From NCBI GenBank assembly GCA_964016885.1, contig OZ024753.1, forward strand, positions 18,724,001-18,788,000: DNA of 64,000 nt, given 5' to 3'. This DNA is from Eledone cirrhosa (lineage: Eukaryota). A program made the position numbers and the translations under genes. Shown in pieces: positions 13,896 to 27,187 of the stretch (position 1 is the first letter of the stretch; every line of letters starts with the position of its first letter). The notes beneath the pieces were generated by a model. That model did not search any database. It was not told the DNA's origin and worked only from the letters and a program-made list of their open reading frames with translations.

Positions 13896-13953
13896 CTTTA
13901 TGCTCTGATGTGTCCCACCTATAGTGCGGATGATAAAATGTTAGCAAGTAAAG
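13896..13953 (+). ncRNA. Inactivated hammerhead copy (Naiad-1 inverted arm)
   Basis: CTGATGT instead of CTGATGA (13911) and GATAA instead of GAAAC (13934, 13936). Confidence 0.8.
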
Positions 13954-14087
13954 ATATGCATATGCTATAGGCGTTCTTTGTTATTTATTATATCACGGCT
14001 CTGTCCTCAGACATCGAGCTAACCTTATACTGCCTGCTGGATAAGTGGAGTGTTATACACCCCTGATCCTCTCCCTAATATACTATA

Positions 14088-14412
14088 TTTATATATATAC
14101 ATATATATATATACGAATATATATACAAATATATATATAAATATATATATACATATATATATTTATATATATACATATATATATACAAATATATATACAA
14201 ATATATATATAAATATATATATAAATATATATATACATATATATATATAAATATATATATACATATATATATATAAATATATATATACATATATAAATAT
14301 ATATATACATATATAAATATATATATACATATATATATATAAATATATATATACATTTATAAATATATATATACATATATATACATAAATATATATATAC
14401 ATATATAAATAT
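14088..14412. repeat. TA-based satellite (atatatatacatatataaat 20-mer)
   Basis: Same unit as the 21190-26240 array; it separates Naiad-1 and Naiad-2. Confidence 0.85.
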
Positions 14413-14612
14413 ATGTAGATAAATCTACCAAGAGTTTACGGTAGTGTCCAATCCGTATGAAGAACTCAATGTAATCCGGATATCATGGAAAGAAGAGATG
14501 CAATGAAAAATCACTTTCGGTGAAAGATAAACGGAATACAGAGTCAAGATAAAATATAAAAAAAAATAATGAATAAAACAATGAAACAGTTCTTTATATT
14601 AAACAAAAAAAG

Positions 14613-14766
14613 TTCATTATTTAACGATCGTTTCTGGGATATATATGTGTTAGAATTGGCATGTGTATTTAACAGATCTATGTACAAAATTATACAAAAT
14701 TATACAAACTATCAAAATTAAATATACATACCAACTCATATATATGCCGTCTTCAGAAATAATGAA
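14613..14766 (-). ncRNA. Type I hammerhead with ~115-nt extended stem II
   Basis: Reverse complement: ttcattattt-CTGAAGA-cggcatatatatgagtt...aacacatatatatccca-GAAA-cgatcg-TT-aaataatgaa. Perfect 10-bp stem I and palindromic stem III. Confidence 0.75.
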
Positions 14767-15359
14767 ATATATTTATTGATAATAACAACAATTCAAAATT
14801 ACAGGTCTGTTTGGGAACAGAGTTCAAATTGACCAATGGAAAAACAAAAAGTTTATACAGTTAGGTGTGTGTATATATGTAAGAAACTTCGTTCACAGAT
14901 ATGCATAAAAATATATGTTCACATGCATACGCATGCCGAAAAGATGTATGTAAATACAAAAATTCAGGGCTAATGTCTCTGTATGTTTATAATCTCAAAA
15001 TAAAATACATATACGCATATAAACATATAAATATAAAAATAAATATATACACATTCATATACTCACACATATACATACATTCACACACACACGCGCATAT
15101 ACGCATAAACATACACACAACCACGAACATACATACACACACACACTCACACACACATATATGTGTATATACTATTATCATAAGCATATGGACATTAATG
15201 CGCGCACATAAACACTGCCACACATATTTATAACCAGATACAGAAAGTAGGTGGGGGGGTGGGAGAGGTCAGTATTTACTGGTGTCAGCAAACTGCCTAT
15301 TTATAAATGTATCTATAAATTTAGAAATAAAAAGAAAAAGAAAAAAGAAAAATATTAAG

Positions 15360-15396
<37 letters not shown>

Positions 15397-15597
15397 AAGT
15401 AAAATATAAAATATACATCGATATACATACATATATATATATACATATATATATATATACATACATACACATATACATAAACACATACATACACATACAT
15501 ATACGTACACACACCATATATATACACATACACACACGCGCATACATATAGAGACACATACATATACACATATAAATACATAGACATATACATATAT

Positions 15598-15655
<58 letters not shown>

Positions 15656-15674
15656 ATATATACATACATTCACA

Positions 15675-15708
<34 letters not shown>

Positions 15709-15775
15709 CTATACACACATACATAAATACACTCATGTATATACACATATACACATACATACCCACACACATATA

Positions 15776-15831
<56 letters not shown>

Positions 15832-15902
15832 CACACATACACACACACATGTACACATACACATATACACAAATATATATATATATACACACACGTATAT
15901 AC

Positions 15903-15948
<46 letters not shown>

Positions 15949-16290
15949 TATATATACATACATACATATATATACTCATACATAGACATACATATATACA
16001 CGCACACATACACACATACATAAATAAAGGGATATACATACACACATATACATATATAAATAGAGATATATATACACATAAATATATACACACATACACA
16101 CACACACATATACATACATACATACATACATATACATACACACACACACACATATATATACATATATACATATATATACATATATACATATATATAAAAA
16201 TAAAGAAATAAAAAAATAAAAGAAATAAATAAATAAATAAATTAATACACCCAGTCAGACAAATATGCACACACATACATATATATATAT

Positions 16291-16345
<55 letters not shown>

Positions 16346-16501
16346 CATATACATATATATATATATATACACATACACACATCAACTACAAATATATATA
16401 TATATATATATACATGGAAAGTTATATTTCAATTGTTGGGTTACAACTAGTAAATATTTATAACTGATATAAAAGCACTCAACAAGTATTTGGAGTATAT
16501 T

Positions 16502-16880
16502 TACGATATCAAATAAATGGAAACTACATCTACAAAACCATATCTATCTCATCATATACATTTCAGGGACATCACATTAACAATATGCTACGCCTTCCTC
16601 AGACAAAACTCAATATAGACAGCTTTACAAATAAATAGATCTGACACACCGTTCAACATCGACCTATATTTGAAAAGCCGATTTGGCAGATCAACTGCCA
16701 AATCGGCTTTTCAAATAGAAGTCGATGCCGAACGGCATGTCAAATCCATTCATTTATAAAACTGTCCACACTGTACCTTGTCTGAGGAAGGCACAGCATA
16801 TTGTTAATATGACATCCCTGAAATATATATGATGAAACAGATATGGTTTTACAAATACAGCCTCCATCTATTTAATATCG

Positions 16881-16882
<2 letters not shown>
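16502..16882 (-). ncRNA. 188-bp G.U-rich long hairpin in the Naiad-2 3' UTR
   Basis: Gapless arms 16502-16689 / 16695-16882 with loop atcaa. By manual alignment: 153 Watson-Crick pairs, 33 G.U pairs (minus strand) and 2 mismatches. Confidence 0.9.
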
Positions 16883-16918
<36 letters not shown>

Positions 16919-16947
16919 CATATATATATATGTATATATATATATAC

Positions 16948-16978
<31 letters not shown>

Positions 16979-17095
16979 CACACACTCACATATACATGCA
17001 CATATACGTACATATATACACATACACACATATACACATAGACGTATACATGCGCATACATATACATACACACATATACCCACATAAATACATAG

Positions 17096-17160
<65 letters not shown>

Positions 17161-17329
17161 CAATCATACACCCTTATTTAGATGCGCACATATGTATTTT
17201 TATACTCACATACAAACACCCAAACATACATACCTACCTACATATACATACATTCATCCACGCTTACAAATACAAATAATAATAGGGGGGGGGGGGTGAT
17301 TATAGTAAATATAGGTTTCAAGAAACATA

Positions 17330-18380
17330 GAATATTAATCTGCATTTAGATCATAATATGTAGTAGTTTCAGTATTAGGAAATGTAAGAAAGAAGGCAAA
17401 ATTATGCATTTTAATATAAGTAGACTATTAATTATAGGTTAACTAAATTAAAGATAGTTAATATATTGATTTCTAAGGTGTATACTACTTAGGTTTATAA
17501 TATTTGAAGCGGAATTTTGAAGTTAAATAGTAGTAGAGTATTAATTATAGTATAACTAAATTAAAATTATTAACGTTATGGTATCAATATTAGGAAATGA
17601 ATTTAGTAATAGGGAAAAAAACCAAATAAAGTATTACATCGGTAGTAGAATATAAATTATAGGTTAACTAAATTAAAAATTATATATTAATTTCTATAGT
17701 ATATGTTAATTAGGTTTATAATAATTAAAACAGATATTGTATTTTATCTATAGTAGAATATAATTATAGGTAAACAAAAATTAAAATTAATATATACACT
17801 CATATATATTCATATATATATACATATATATATATACACATACATATATATATACATATTTTTTCAAAATTTGCAAAGAGTATATTAACTAGGTATACAT
17901 CTAAAACCTATCTCAGTCTATGATTACATGACACTCTGCAATCCATCTGTATTAGGATTTTAATTTTAAGCCGATTAAATTAAATTTTTAGGTTAACCAA
18001 CTTAAAACCAAATTATAAATATATTTCTAAATTGTACATTAATTAGGTCTATAATATTAAAAAATATTTCTCTGTCATCGAATACACGATATTTTGTTAT
18101 ATTTTATCTGTAAAGGAATTTTAATAAAAGGTTAAATAAATTAAAATTAATCTATAAATTAATTTACAAAGTATATATTAGTAATATTTAAAAGTTTTTC
18201 ACAATTTATGATTACACAATATTTTATAATCTGATCTGTAGTAGAATTTTAATTAAATTAAATTTATAGGTTAACTAACATTTAAATTAAATTATATATT
18301 AATATCTAAAATAATGTTATTAATTAGGTTTATAATATTTAAATGTTTTTCTTAGTTTATGATTACACGATATAATTAAT
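17330..18380 (-). repeat. Degenerate ~110-140-bp tandem array (about 7 units) containing the ORF end
   Basis: aattataggttaactaaattaaa recurs at ~17430, 17543, 17655, 17762, 17985, 18122 and 18261, each with taggtttataatatt / tatgattacac pieces of the last codons. Confidence 0.7.
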
Positions 18381-19110
18381 TCCTGTCGTTTATTTAATAG
18401 GATATCCTTAGATTTCATTATTTCAAATAGTTCTTGGGAACATAATCTACATTCATTTCTATTATTTTGATAAGGGGTGGCTCTTTTGAGCACACTCCAG
18501 GTCATATCATATTTTATATTCTTATTTTTATAACTATTGATTTTTTCTGCTAGAGATGTTGTATTAGCCAGTGCGGCATTTTTAAAACTATGTTTGTGGG
18601 TATTAAACCTTACCTTAAAATTGTTAGAAGTAGCTCCTATATATGAGCAAATAGAATCTTTAGTTTTAACATTACATTTATAAACTATGTTGTTAACAAG
18701 ACAATTTCCTTTTAATGGGCAGTTTGCTTTGTTTCTACAGTTACAACCTTTCGTTAATTCTGTATTTCAGGAGATATTATGGTTAGTTTGATGTATTGGT
18801 GGTATACTTATGGTATTCTTACATTTATATGCATTATAGGCACTTATATTTTGTTTTATGTTATTGGTTGTTGAGTATGAGAATTTAACTGTAGACCTAT
18901 TTAAGATTTGATGGTATTTGTGGTTTGGCGGGAAGTTTTTCTCTAGGATATAAAAACATTTTTTAGCAATATTATCTTTAATTTGTAAATTAAATTGAGC
19001 ATTATACCAAGTAACTCGTCTATTACGGTTTCTATGTTGTTTATTATTTTTATAGGTTGTATCGTGGTGTTTACTAGGAGGATTAATGTTAATGACATCA
19101 CCCCGCACAT
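18320..19110 (-). pseudogene. Naiad-2 linker + GIY-YIG endonuclease (5'-truncated, one in-frame TGA at 18767-18769)
   Basis: RRVTWYNAQF, ILNRSTVKFSYSTT, GCNCRNKANCPLKGNCLVNNIVY...YIG, CRLCSQE, CNH. Track ORFs 18767-19108 and 18320-18505 are in the same frame. Confidence 0.88.
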
Positions 19111-19333
19111 TTTAAATGTATATGATGAGATAGATATGGTTTTGTAGATGTAGTTTCCATTTATTTGATATCGTAAATATACTCCAAATACTTGTTGAGT
19201 GCTTTTATATCAGTTATAAATATTTACTAGTTGTAACCCAACTATTTAAATATAACTTTCCATGTATATATATATATATATATTTGTAGTTGATGTGTGT
19301 ATGTGTATATATATATATATATGTATGTATATG

Positions 19334-19392
<59 letters not shown>

Positions 19393-19508
19393 GTGTATAT
19401 ATATATATGTATGTGTGCATATTTGTCTGACTGGGTGTATTAATTAATTTCTTTCTTTCTTTCTTTTATTTTTTTATTTCTTTATTTTTATATATATGTA
19501 TATATATG

Positions 19509-19541
<33 letters not shown>

Positions 19542-19811
19542 GTGTGTGTGTATGTATATGTATGTATGTATGTGTATGTATATGTGTGTGTGTGTACGTG
19601 TGTATATATTTATATGTGTATATAAGTATATATGTATATGTATATCCCTTTATTTATGTATGTCTGAGTTGTGTGAGCGTGTGGTTGTGTTTGTATGTGT
19701 ATACGCATACATGGATGTGTATGTATGTGTATATATGCGTATATGTATGTGTGTATGTGTGCGTGTATATATGTATGTCTATGTATGAGTATATATATGT
19801 ATGTATGTATA

Positions 19812-19853
<42 letters not shown>

Positions 19854-19914
19854 GTATATACGTGTGTGTATATATATCTTTGCGTATATGTGTATGTGTA
19901 CATGTGTGTGTGTG

Positions 19915-19945
<31 letters not shown>

Positions 19946-19946
19946 G

Positions 19947-19980
<34 letters not shown>

Positions 19981-20260
19981 TGTGTGGGTATGTATGTGTA
20001 TATGTGTATATACATGAGTGGATTTATGTATGTGTGTATAGATATATATATATATATGTGTGTTGTGAATGTATGTATATACGTATGTATATATATATAT
20101 ATATATATGTGTGTATATATGTATATGTCTATGTATTTATATGTGTAAATGTATGTGTCTCTATATGTATGAGCGTGTGTGTATGTGTATGTGTATATAT
20201 ATGGTGTGTGTATGTATATGTATGTGTATGTATGTGTTTATGTATATGTGTATGTATATG

Positions 20261-20311
<51 letters not shown>

Positions 20312-20977
20312 GTATGTATATCGATGTATATTTTATATTTTACTTGTTTATATATATATATATAAATATATATATACTTAATATTTTTCTTTTTTCTTTT
20401 TCTGTTTATTTCTAAATTTATAGATACATTTATGAATAGGCAGTTTGCTGACACCAGTAAATACTGACCTCTTCTCCCCCCCCCCCCTCCCACCTACTTT
20501 CTGTATCTGGATCTAAATATGTGTGGCAGTGTTTATGTGCGAGCATTAATGTCCATATGCTTATGATAATAGTATATACACATATATGTGTGTGTGAGTG
20601 TGTGTGTATATGTATGTTCGTGGTTGTGTGTATGTTTATGCGTATATGCGCGTGTGTGTGTGAATGTATGTATATGTGTGAGTATATGAATGTGTATATA
20701 TTTATTTTTATATTTATATGTTTATATGCGTATATGTATTTTATCTGTAGATTATAAACATACAGAGACATTAGCCCTGAATTTTTGTATTTACATACAT
20801 CTTTTCGGCATGCGTATGCATGTGAACATATATTTTTATGCATATCTGTGAACGAAGTTACTTGCATATATACACACACCTAACTGTATAAACTTTTTGT
20901 GTTTCCATTGGTCAATTTGAACTCTGTTCCCAAACAGACCTGTAATTTTGAATTGTTGTTATTATCAATAAATATAT

Positions 20978-21131
20978 TTCATTATTTCTGAAGACGGCAT
21001 ATATATGAGTTGGTATGTATATTTAATTTTGATAGTTTGTATAATTTTGTATAATTTTGTATATAGATCTGTTAAATATACATGCCAATTCTAACACATA
21101 TATATCCCAGAAACGTTCGTTAAATAATGAA
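20978..21131 (+). ncRNA. Long-stem-II hammerhead, inverted-arm copy
   Basis: ttcattattt-CTGAAGA-cggc...ccca-GAAA-cgttcg-TT-aaataatgaa; the stem III palindrome has one change. Confidence 0.7.
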
Positions 21132-21189
21132 CTTTTTTTGTTTAATATAAGGAACTGTTTCATTGTTTTATTCATTATTTTTTTTAATA

Positions 21190-22350
21190 TTTTATATAAA
21201 TATATATATACATATAAATATATAAATACATATATAAATATATATATACATATATAAATATATATATACATATATAAATATATATATACATATATAAATA
21301 TATATATACATATATAAATATATATATACATATATAAATATATATATACATATATAAATATATATATACATATATAAATATATATATATAAATATAAATA
21401 TATATATACATATATAAATATAATATATATATACATATATATACATATATAAATATATATATACATATATAAATATATATATACATATATAAATATATAT
21501 ATACATATATAAATATATATATACATATATAAATATATATATACATATATAAATATATATATACATATATAAATATATATATACATATATAAATATATAT
21601 ATACATATATAAATATATATATACATATATATATATAAATATACATATATAAATATATATATACATATATATATATAAATATATATATATAAATATATAT
21701 ATACATATATAAATATATATATACATATATATATAAATATATATATACATATATAAATATATATATACATATATAAATATATATATACATATATATATAT
21801 AAATATACATATATAAATATATATATACATATATATATATATAAATATACGTATATATATATAAATATACATATATATATATAAATATACATATATATAT
21901 ATAAATATACATATATATATATAAATATACATATATATATATAAATATACATATATATATATAAATATACATATATAAATATACATATATATATATATAA
22001 ATATACATATATATATATAAATATACATATATAAATATACATATATAAATATACATATATATAAATATATATATATATATATAAATATATATATACATAT
22101 ATAAATATATATATACATATATAAATATATATATACATATATAAATATATATATATAAATATATATATACATATATAAATATATATATATATATATAAAT
22201 ATATATATATATAAATATATATATACATAAATATATATATACATATATAAATATATATATACATATATAAATATATATATACATATATAAATATATATAT
22301 ACATATATAAATATATATATACATATATAAATATATATATACATATATAA

Positions 22351-22387
<37 letters not shown>

Positions 22388-22390
22388 AAT

Positions 22391-22421
<31 letters not shown>

Positions 22422-22460
22422 AATATATATATATAAATATATATATACATATATAAATAT

Positions 22461-22511
<51 letters not shown>

Positions 22512-22658
22512 AATATATATATATAAACATATATATACATATATAAATATATATATACATATATAAATATATATATACATATATAAATATATATATACAT
22601 ATATAAATATATATATACATATATAAATATATATATACATATATAAATATATATATAC

Positions 22659-22689
<31 letters not shown>

Positions 22690-23026
22690 AATATATATAT
22701 ACATATATAAATATATATATACATATATAAATATATATATACATATATAAATATATATATATATATATAAATATATATATACATATATAAATATATATAT
22801 ATATATATAAATATATATATACATATATAAATATATATATACATATATAAATATATATATATATATAAATATATATATACATATATAAATATATATATAT
22901 ATAAATATATATATATACATATATAAATATATATATACATATATATATATACATATATAAATATATATATACATATATATATATAAATATATATATACAT
23001 ATATAAATATATATATATATATATGA

Positions 23027-23065
<39 letters not shown>

Positions 23066-23654
23066 AATACATATATATATATAAATATATATATATACAT
23101 ATATATATATAAATATATATATACATATATAAATATATATATATATATAAATATATATATATAAATATATATATACATATATAAATATATATATACATAT
23201 ATAAATATATATATATATATATAAATATATATATACATATATAAATATATATATACATATATAAATATATATATACATATATAAATATATATATACATAT
23301 ATAAATATATATATATATATATAAATATATATATACATATATAAATATATATATACATATATAAATATATATATACATATATAAATATATATATACATAT
23401 ATAAATATATATATACATATATAAATATATATATACATATTTAAATATAAATATATATATACATATTTAAATATATATATACATATATATATATAAATAT
23501 ATATATATATAAATATATATACATATATATATATAAATATATATATAAAAATAAATATAAATATATATATAAAAATAAATATAAATATATATATAAAAAT
23601 AAATATAAATATATAGATATATAAATATATATATATATAGATATATAAATATAT

Positions 23655-23685
<31 letters not shown>

Positions 23686-23686
23686 A

Positions 23687-23739
<53 letters not shown>

Positions 23740-24412
23740 AATATATATATAAATATATATATAAATATATATATAAATATATATATAAATATATATATAA
23801 ATATATATATAAATATATATATATAGATATATATATATAAATATATATATATAAATATATATATAAATATATATATATAAATATATATATAAATATATAT
23901 ATATATATAAATATATAAATATATATATAGATATATATATAAATATATATATATAAATATATATATATAAATATATATATATAAATATATATATATAAAT
24001 ATATATATAAATATATAAATATATATATACATATATAAATATATATATACATATATAAATATATATATATAAATATATATATACATATATAAATATATAT
24101 ATACATATATAAATATATATATACATATATAAATATATATATATAAATATATATATACATATATAAATATATATATACATATATATACATATATATAAAT
24201 ATATATATACATATATAAATATATATATATATATATAAATATATATATATATAAATATATATATACATAAATATATATATACATATATAAATATATATAT
24301 ACATATATAAATATATATATACATATATAAAGATATATATACATATATAAATATATATATACATATATAAATATATATATATACATATATAAATATATAT
24401 ATATATATAAAT

Positions 24413-24443
<31 letters not shown>

Positions 24444-24482
24444 AATATATATATATAAATATATATATACATATATAAATAT

Positions 24483-24533
<51 letters not shown>

Positions 24534-24756
24534 AATATATATATATAAACATATATATACATATATAAATATATATATACATATATAAATATATATATAC
24601 ATATATAAATATATATATACATATATAAATATATATATACATATATAAATATATATATACATATATAAATATATATATATATATATATAAATATATATAT
24701 ACATATATAAATATATATATACATATATAAATATATATATACATATATAAATATAT

Positions 24757-24789
<33 letters not shown>

Positions 24790-24814
24790 AATATATATAT
24801 ACATATATAAATAT

Positions 24815-24845
<31 letters not shown>

Positions 24846-25527
24846 AATATATATATACATATATAAATATATATATATATAAATATATATATATACATAT
24901 ATAAATATATATATACATATATATATATACATATATAAATATATATATACATATATAAATATATATATATATATATATGAATATATATATATATATAAAT
25001 ATATATATACATATATATATATAAATACATATATATATATAAATATATATATATACATATATATATATAAATATATATATACATATATAAATATATATAT
25101 ATATATAAATATATATATATAAATATATATATACATATATAAATATATATATACATATATAAATATATATATATATATATAAATATATATATACATATAT
25201 AAATATATATATACATATATAAATATATATATACATATATAAATATATATATACATATATAAATATATATATACATATATAAATATATATATACATATTT
25301 AAATATAAATATATATATACATATTTAAATATATATATACATATATATATATAAATATATATATATATAAATATATATATACATATATATATATATAAAT
25401 ATATATAAATAAATAAATATATAAAATAATATAAATATATATAAAAATAAATATAAATATATATATAAAAAAAATATAAATATATATATAAAAATAAATA
25501 TAAATATATAGATATATAAATATATAT

Positions 25528-25578
<51 letters not shown>

Positions 25579-25579
25579 A

Positions 25580-25610
<31 letters not shown>

Positions 25611-25912
25611 AATATATATAAATATATATATAAATATATATATAAATATATATATAAATATATATATATAGATATATATATAAATATATATATATAAATA
25701 TATATATAAATATATATATATAAATATATATATAAATATAAATATATAAATATATATATAGATATATATATAAATATATATATATAAATATATATATATA
25801 AATATACATATATAAATATATATATATAAATATATATATAAATATATAAATATATATATATAAATATATATATATAAATATATATATATAAATATATAAA
25901 TATATATATATA

Positions 25913-25988
<76 letters not shown>

Positions 25989-25998
25989 AATATAATAT

Positions 25999-26029
<31 letters not shown>

Positions 26030-26070
26030 AATATATATAAATATATATATAAATATATATATATATATAA

Positions 26071-26129
<59 letters not shown>

Positions 26130-26132
26130 AAT

Positions 26133-26165
<33 letters not shown>

Positions 26166-26166
26166 A

Positions 26167-26221
<55 letters not shown>

Positions 26222-26240
26222 AATATATATATAAATATAT
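21190..26240. repeat. ~5-kb TA-based satellite with a ~1.9-2.0-kb internal higher-order duplication
   Basis: 20-mer atatatatacatatataaat and variants. Rare markers repeat (ttaaatataa at 23441/25299, aaacat at ~22526/~24548). Confidence 0.9.
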
Positions 26241-26577
26241 ATAATATAAGATCAAAAGATGGTTAAAGGAGTTCCATGTATTTTATTATGCGCATTTCAA
26301 AAACAAACATCATCATGCAATAATATTTGTGTTTTCATCAGATAAAACAGGAGAACATGATATGAAGGCTAAAAAACACTTGTGGATAGTGCAGTTTTAA
26401 ATCAACATATGTTGATTTAAAACTGCACTATCCACAAGTGTTTTTTAGCCTTCATATCATGTTCTCCTGTTTTATCTGATGAAAACACAAATATTATTGC
26501 ATGATGATGTTTTTTTTTTGAAATGCGCATAATAAAATACATGGAACTCCTTTACCCATCTTTTGATCTTATATTAT
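26241..26577. repeat. Loopless ~168-bp-arm palindrome
   Basis: Centre aatcaacatatgttgatt at ~26409, with two transversion differences between the arms. Confidence 0.92.
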
Positions 26578-26597
26578 GTATACTCCAGTCCTACAAA

Positions 26598-26690
26598 CTG
26601 TAGAGTGCTTCTTATCCGATATCTGCATTGCTTTATTGTACTACTGTAGAGTGCTTCTTATCCGATATCTGCATTGCTTTATTGTACTAC
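26598..26690. repeat. 46-bp tandem duplication
   Basis: actgtagagtgcttcttatccgatatctgcattgctttattgtact x2. Confidence 0.85.
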
Positions 26691-26709
26691 AATAAAACTC
26701 ACCTCCTAC

Positions 26710-26750
<41 letters not shown>

Positions 26751-26779
26751 TATATATATATAAATATATATATAAATAT

Positions 26780-26818
<39 letters not shown>

Positions 26819-27034
26819 AATATAAATATTTGGGGAGTGTCTTATTTGTGTAATATTGCCAGAAATAATAATAGAACACACTCACTGTTTGGTTAGTTTT
26901 CGCTTCTCGCTCTCTTTTATATCTGTAATCTAACTTACTCGGTCCTCAATGTTGCCATTGACTGACCAACGGTCAAAAATATAATACAGATACAATATAG
27001 ACACAAACACATATATATAGTTTACACAATTTAC

Positions 27035-27080
27035 ATAAATCTTTCGTTGCACATCTGCAACATCGTCAGTGGTGTTATAT
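27035..27080 (-). ncRNA. Hammerhead-like core in the inverted pLTR of PLE-3
   Basis: Reverse complement: CTGACGA-t-gttgca-gatg-tgcaac-GAAA. Stems I and III are not cleanly resolved. Confidence 0.5.
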
Positions 27081-27187
27081 TTTCCTCCTGTTGTGTTGTA
27101 TGTCTACGCCATTTTTTATTCAGTCTGTCTATATATTTATTTATTTATTTGCTTGTTTGTTTATTTTATTTTGTCTTCTTATTGGAC

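Larger units (their letters stand above)
3652..14087. mobile_element. Composite Naiad-clade Penelope-like retroelement (Naiad-1): minus-strand pLTR-ORF-pLTR unit joined head-to-head to a 5'-truncated plus-strand copy
   Basis: 3652-8010 is the reverse complement of 9663-13995 (roughly 1% divergent by eye). Direct repeat 3652-4756 / 8564-9664. RT + GIY-YIG ORF, three HHR copies, (TA)n at both ends. Confidence 0.93.
14413..21184. mobile_element. Naiad-2 PLE: 5'-truncated minus-strand copy (19112>14413) plus inverted 3'-end copy (19113-21184)
   Basis: ~14560-16563 is mirrored by 19113-21184. Naiad linker/GIY-YIG fragment at 18320-19110, an HHR in each arm, TA satellite on both sides. Confidence 0.88.

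Noticed and set aside
16515-16690. Protein-coding origin of the G.U hairpin arm
   Set aside because: A reconstructed arm has one ~57-codon open frame, but I recognise no homologue; this needs a database search.
18767-18769. In-frame TGA as selenocysteine (some Naiads encode selenoproteins)
   Set aside because: It lies in a variable linker, not at a conserved Cys, and all Zn-knuckle Cys codons are TGY. A CGA>TGA change is simpler, and the same applies to the TGA at ~49898. No SECIS was identified by eye.
21023-26255. Very long YIYI ORFs (up to 1354 aa) and similar ORFs elsewhere
   Set aside because: These are translations of (TA)n/(CA)n repeats that lack stop codons, not genes.
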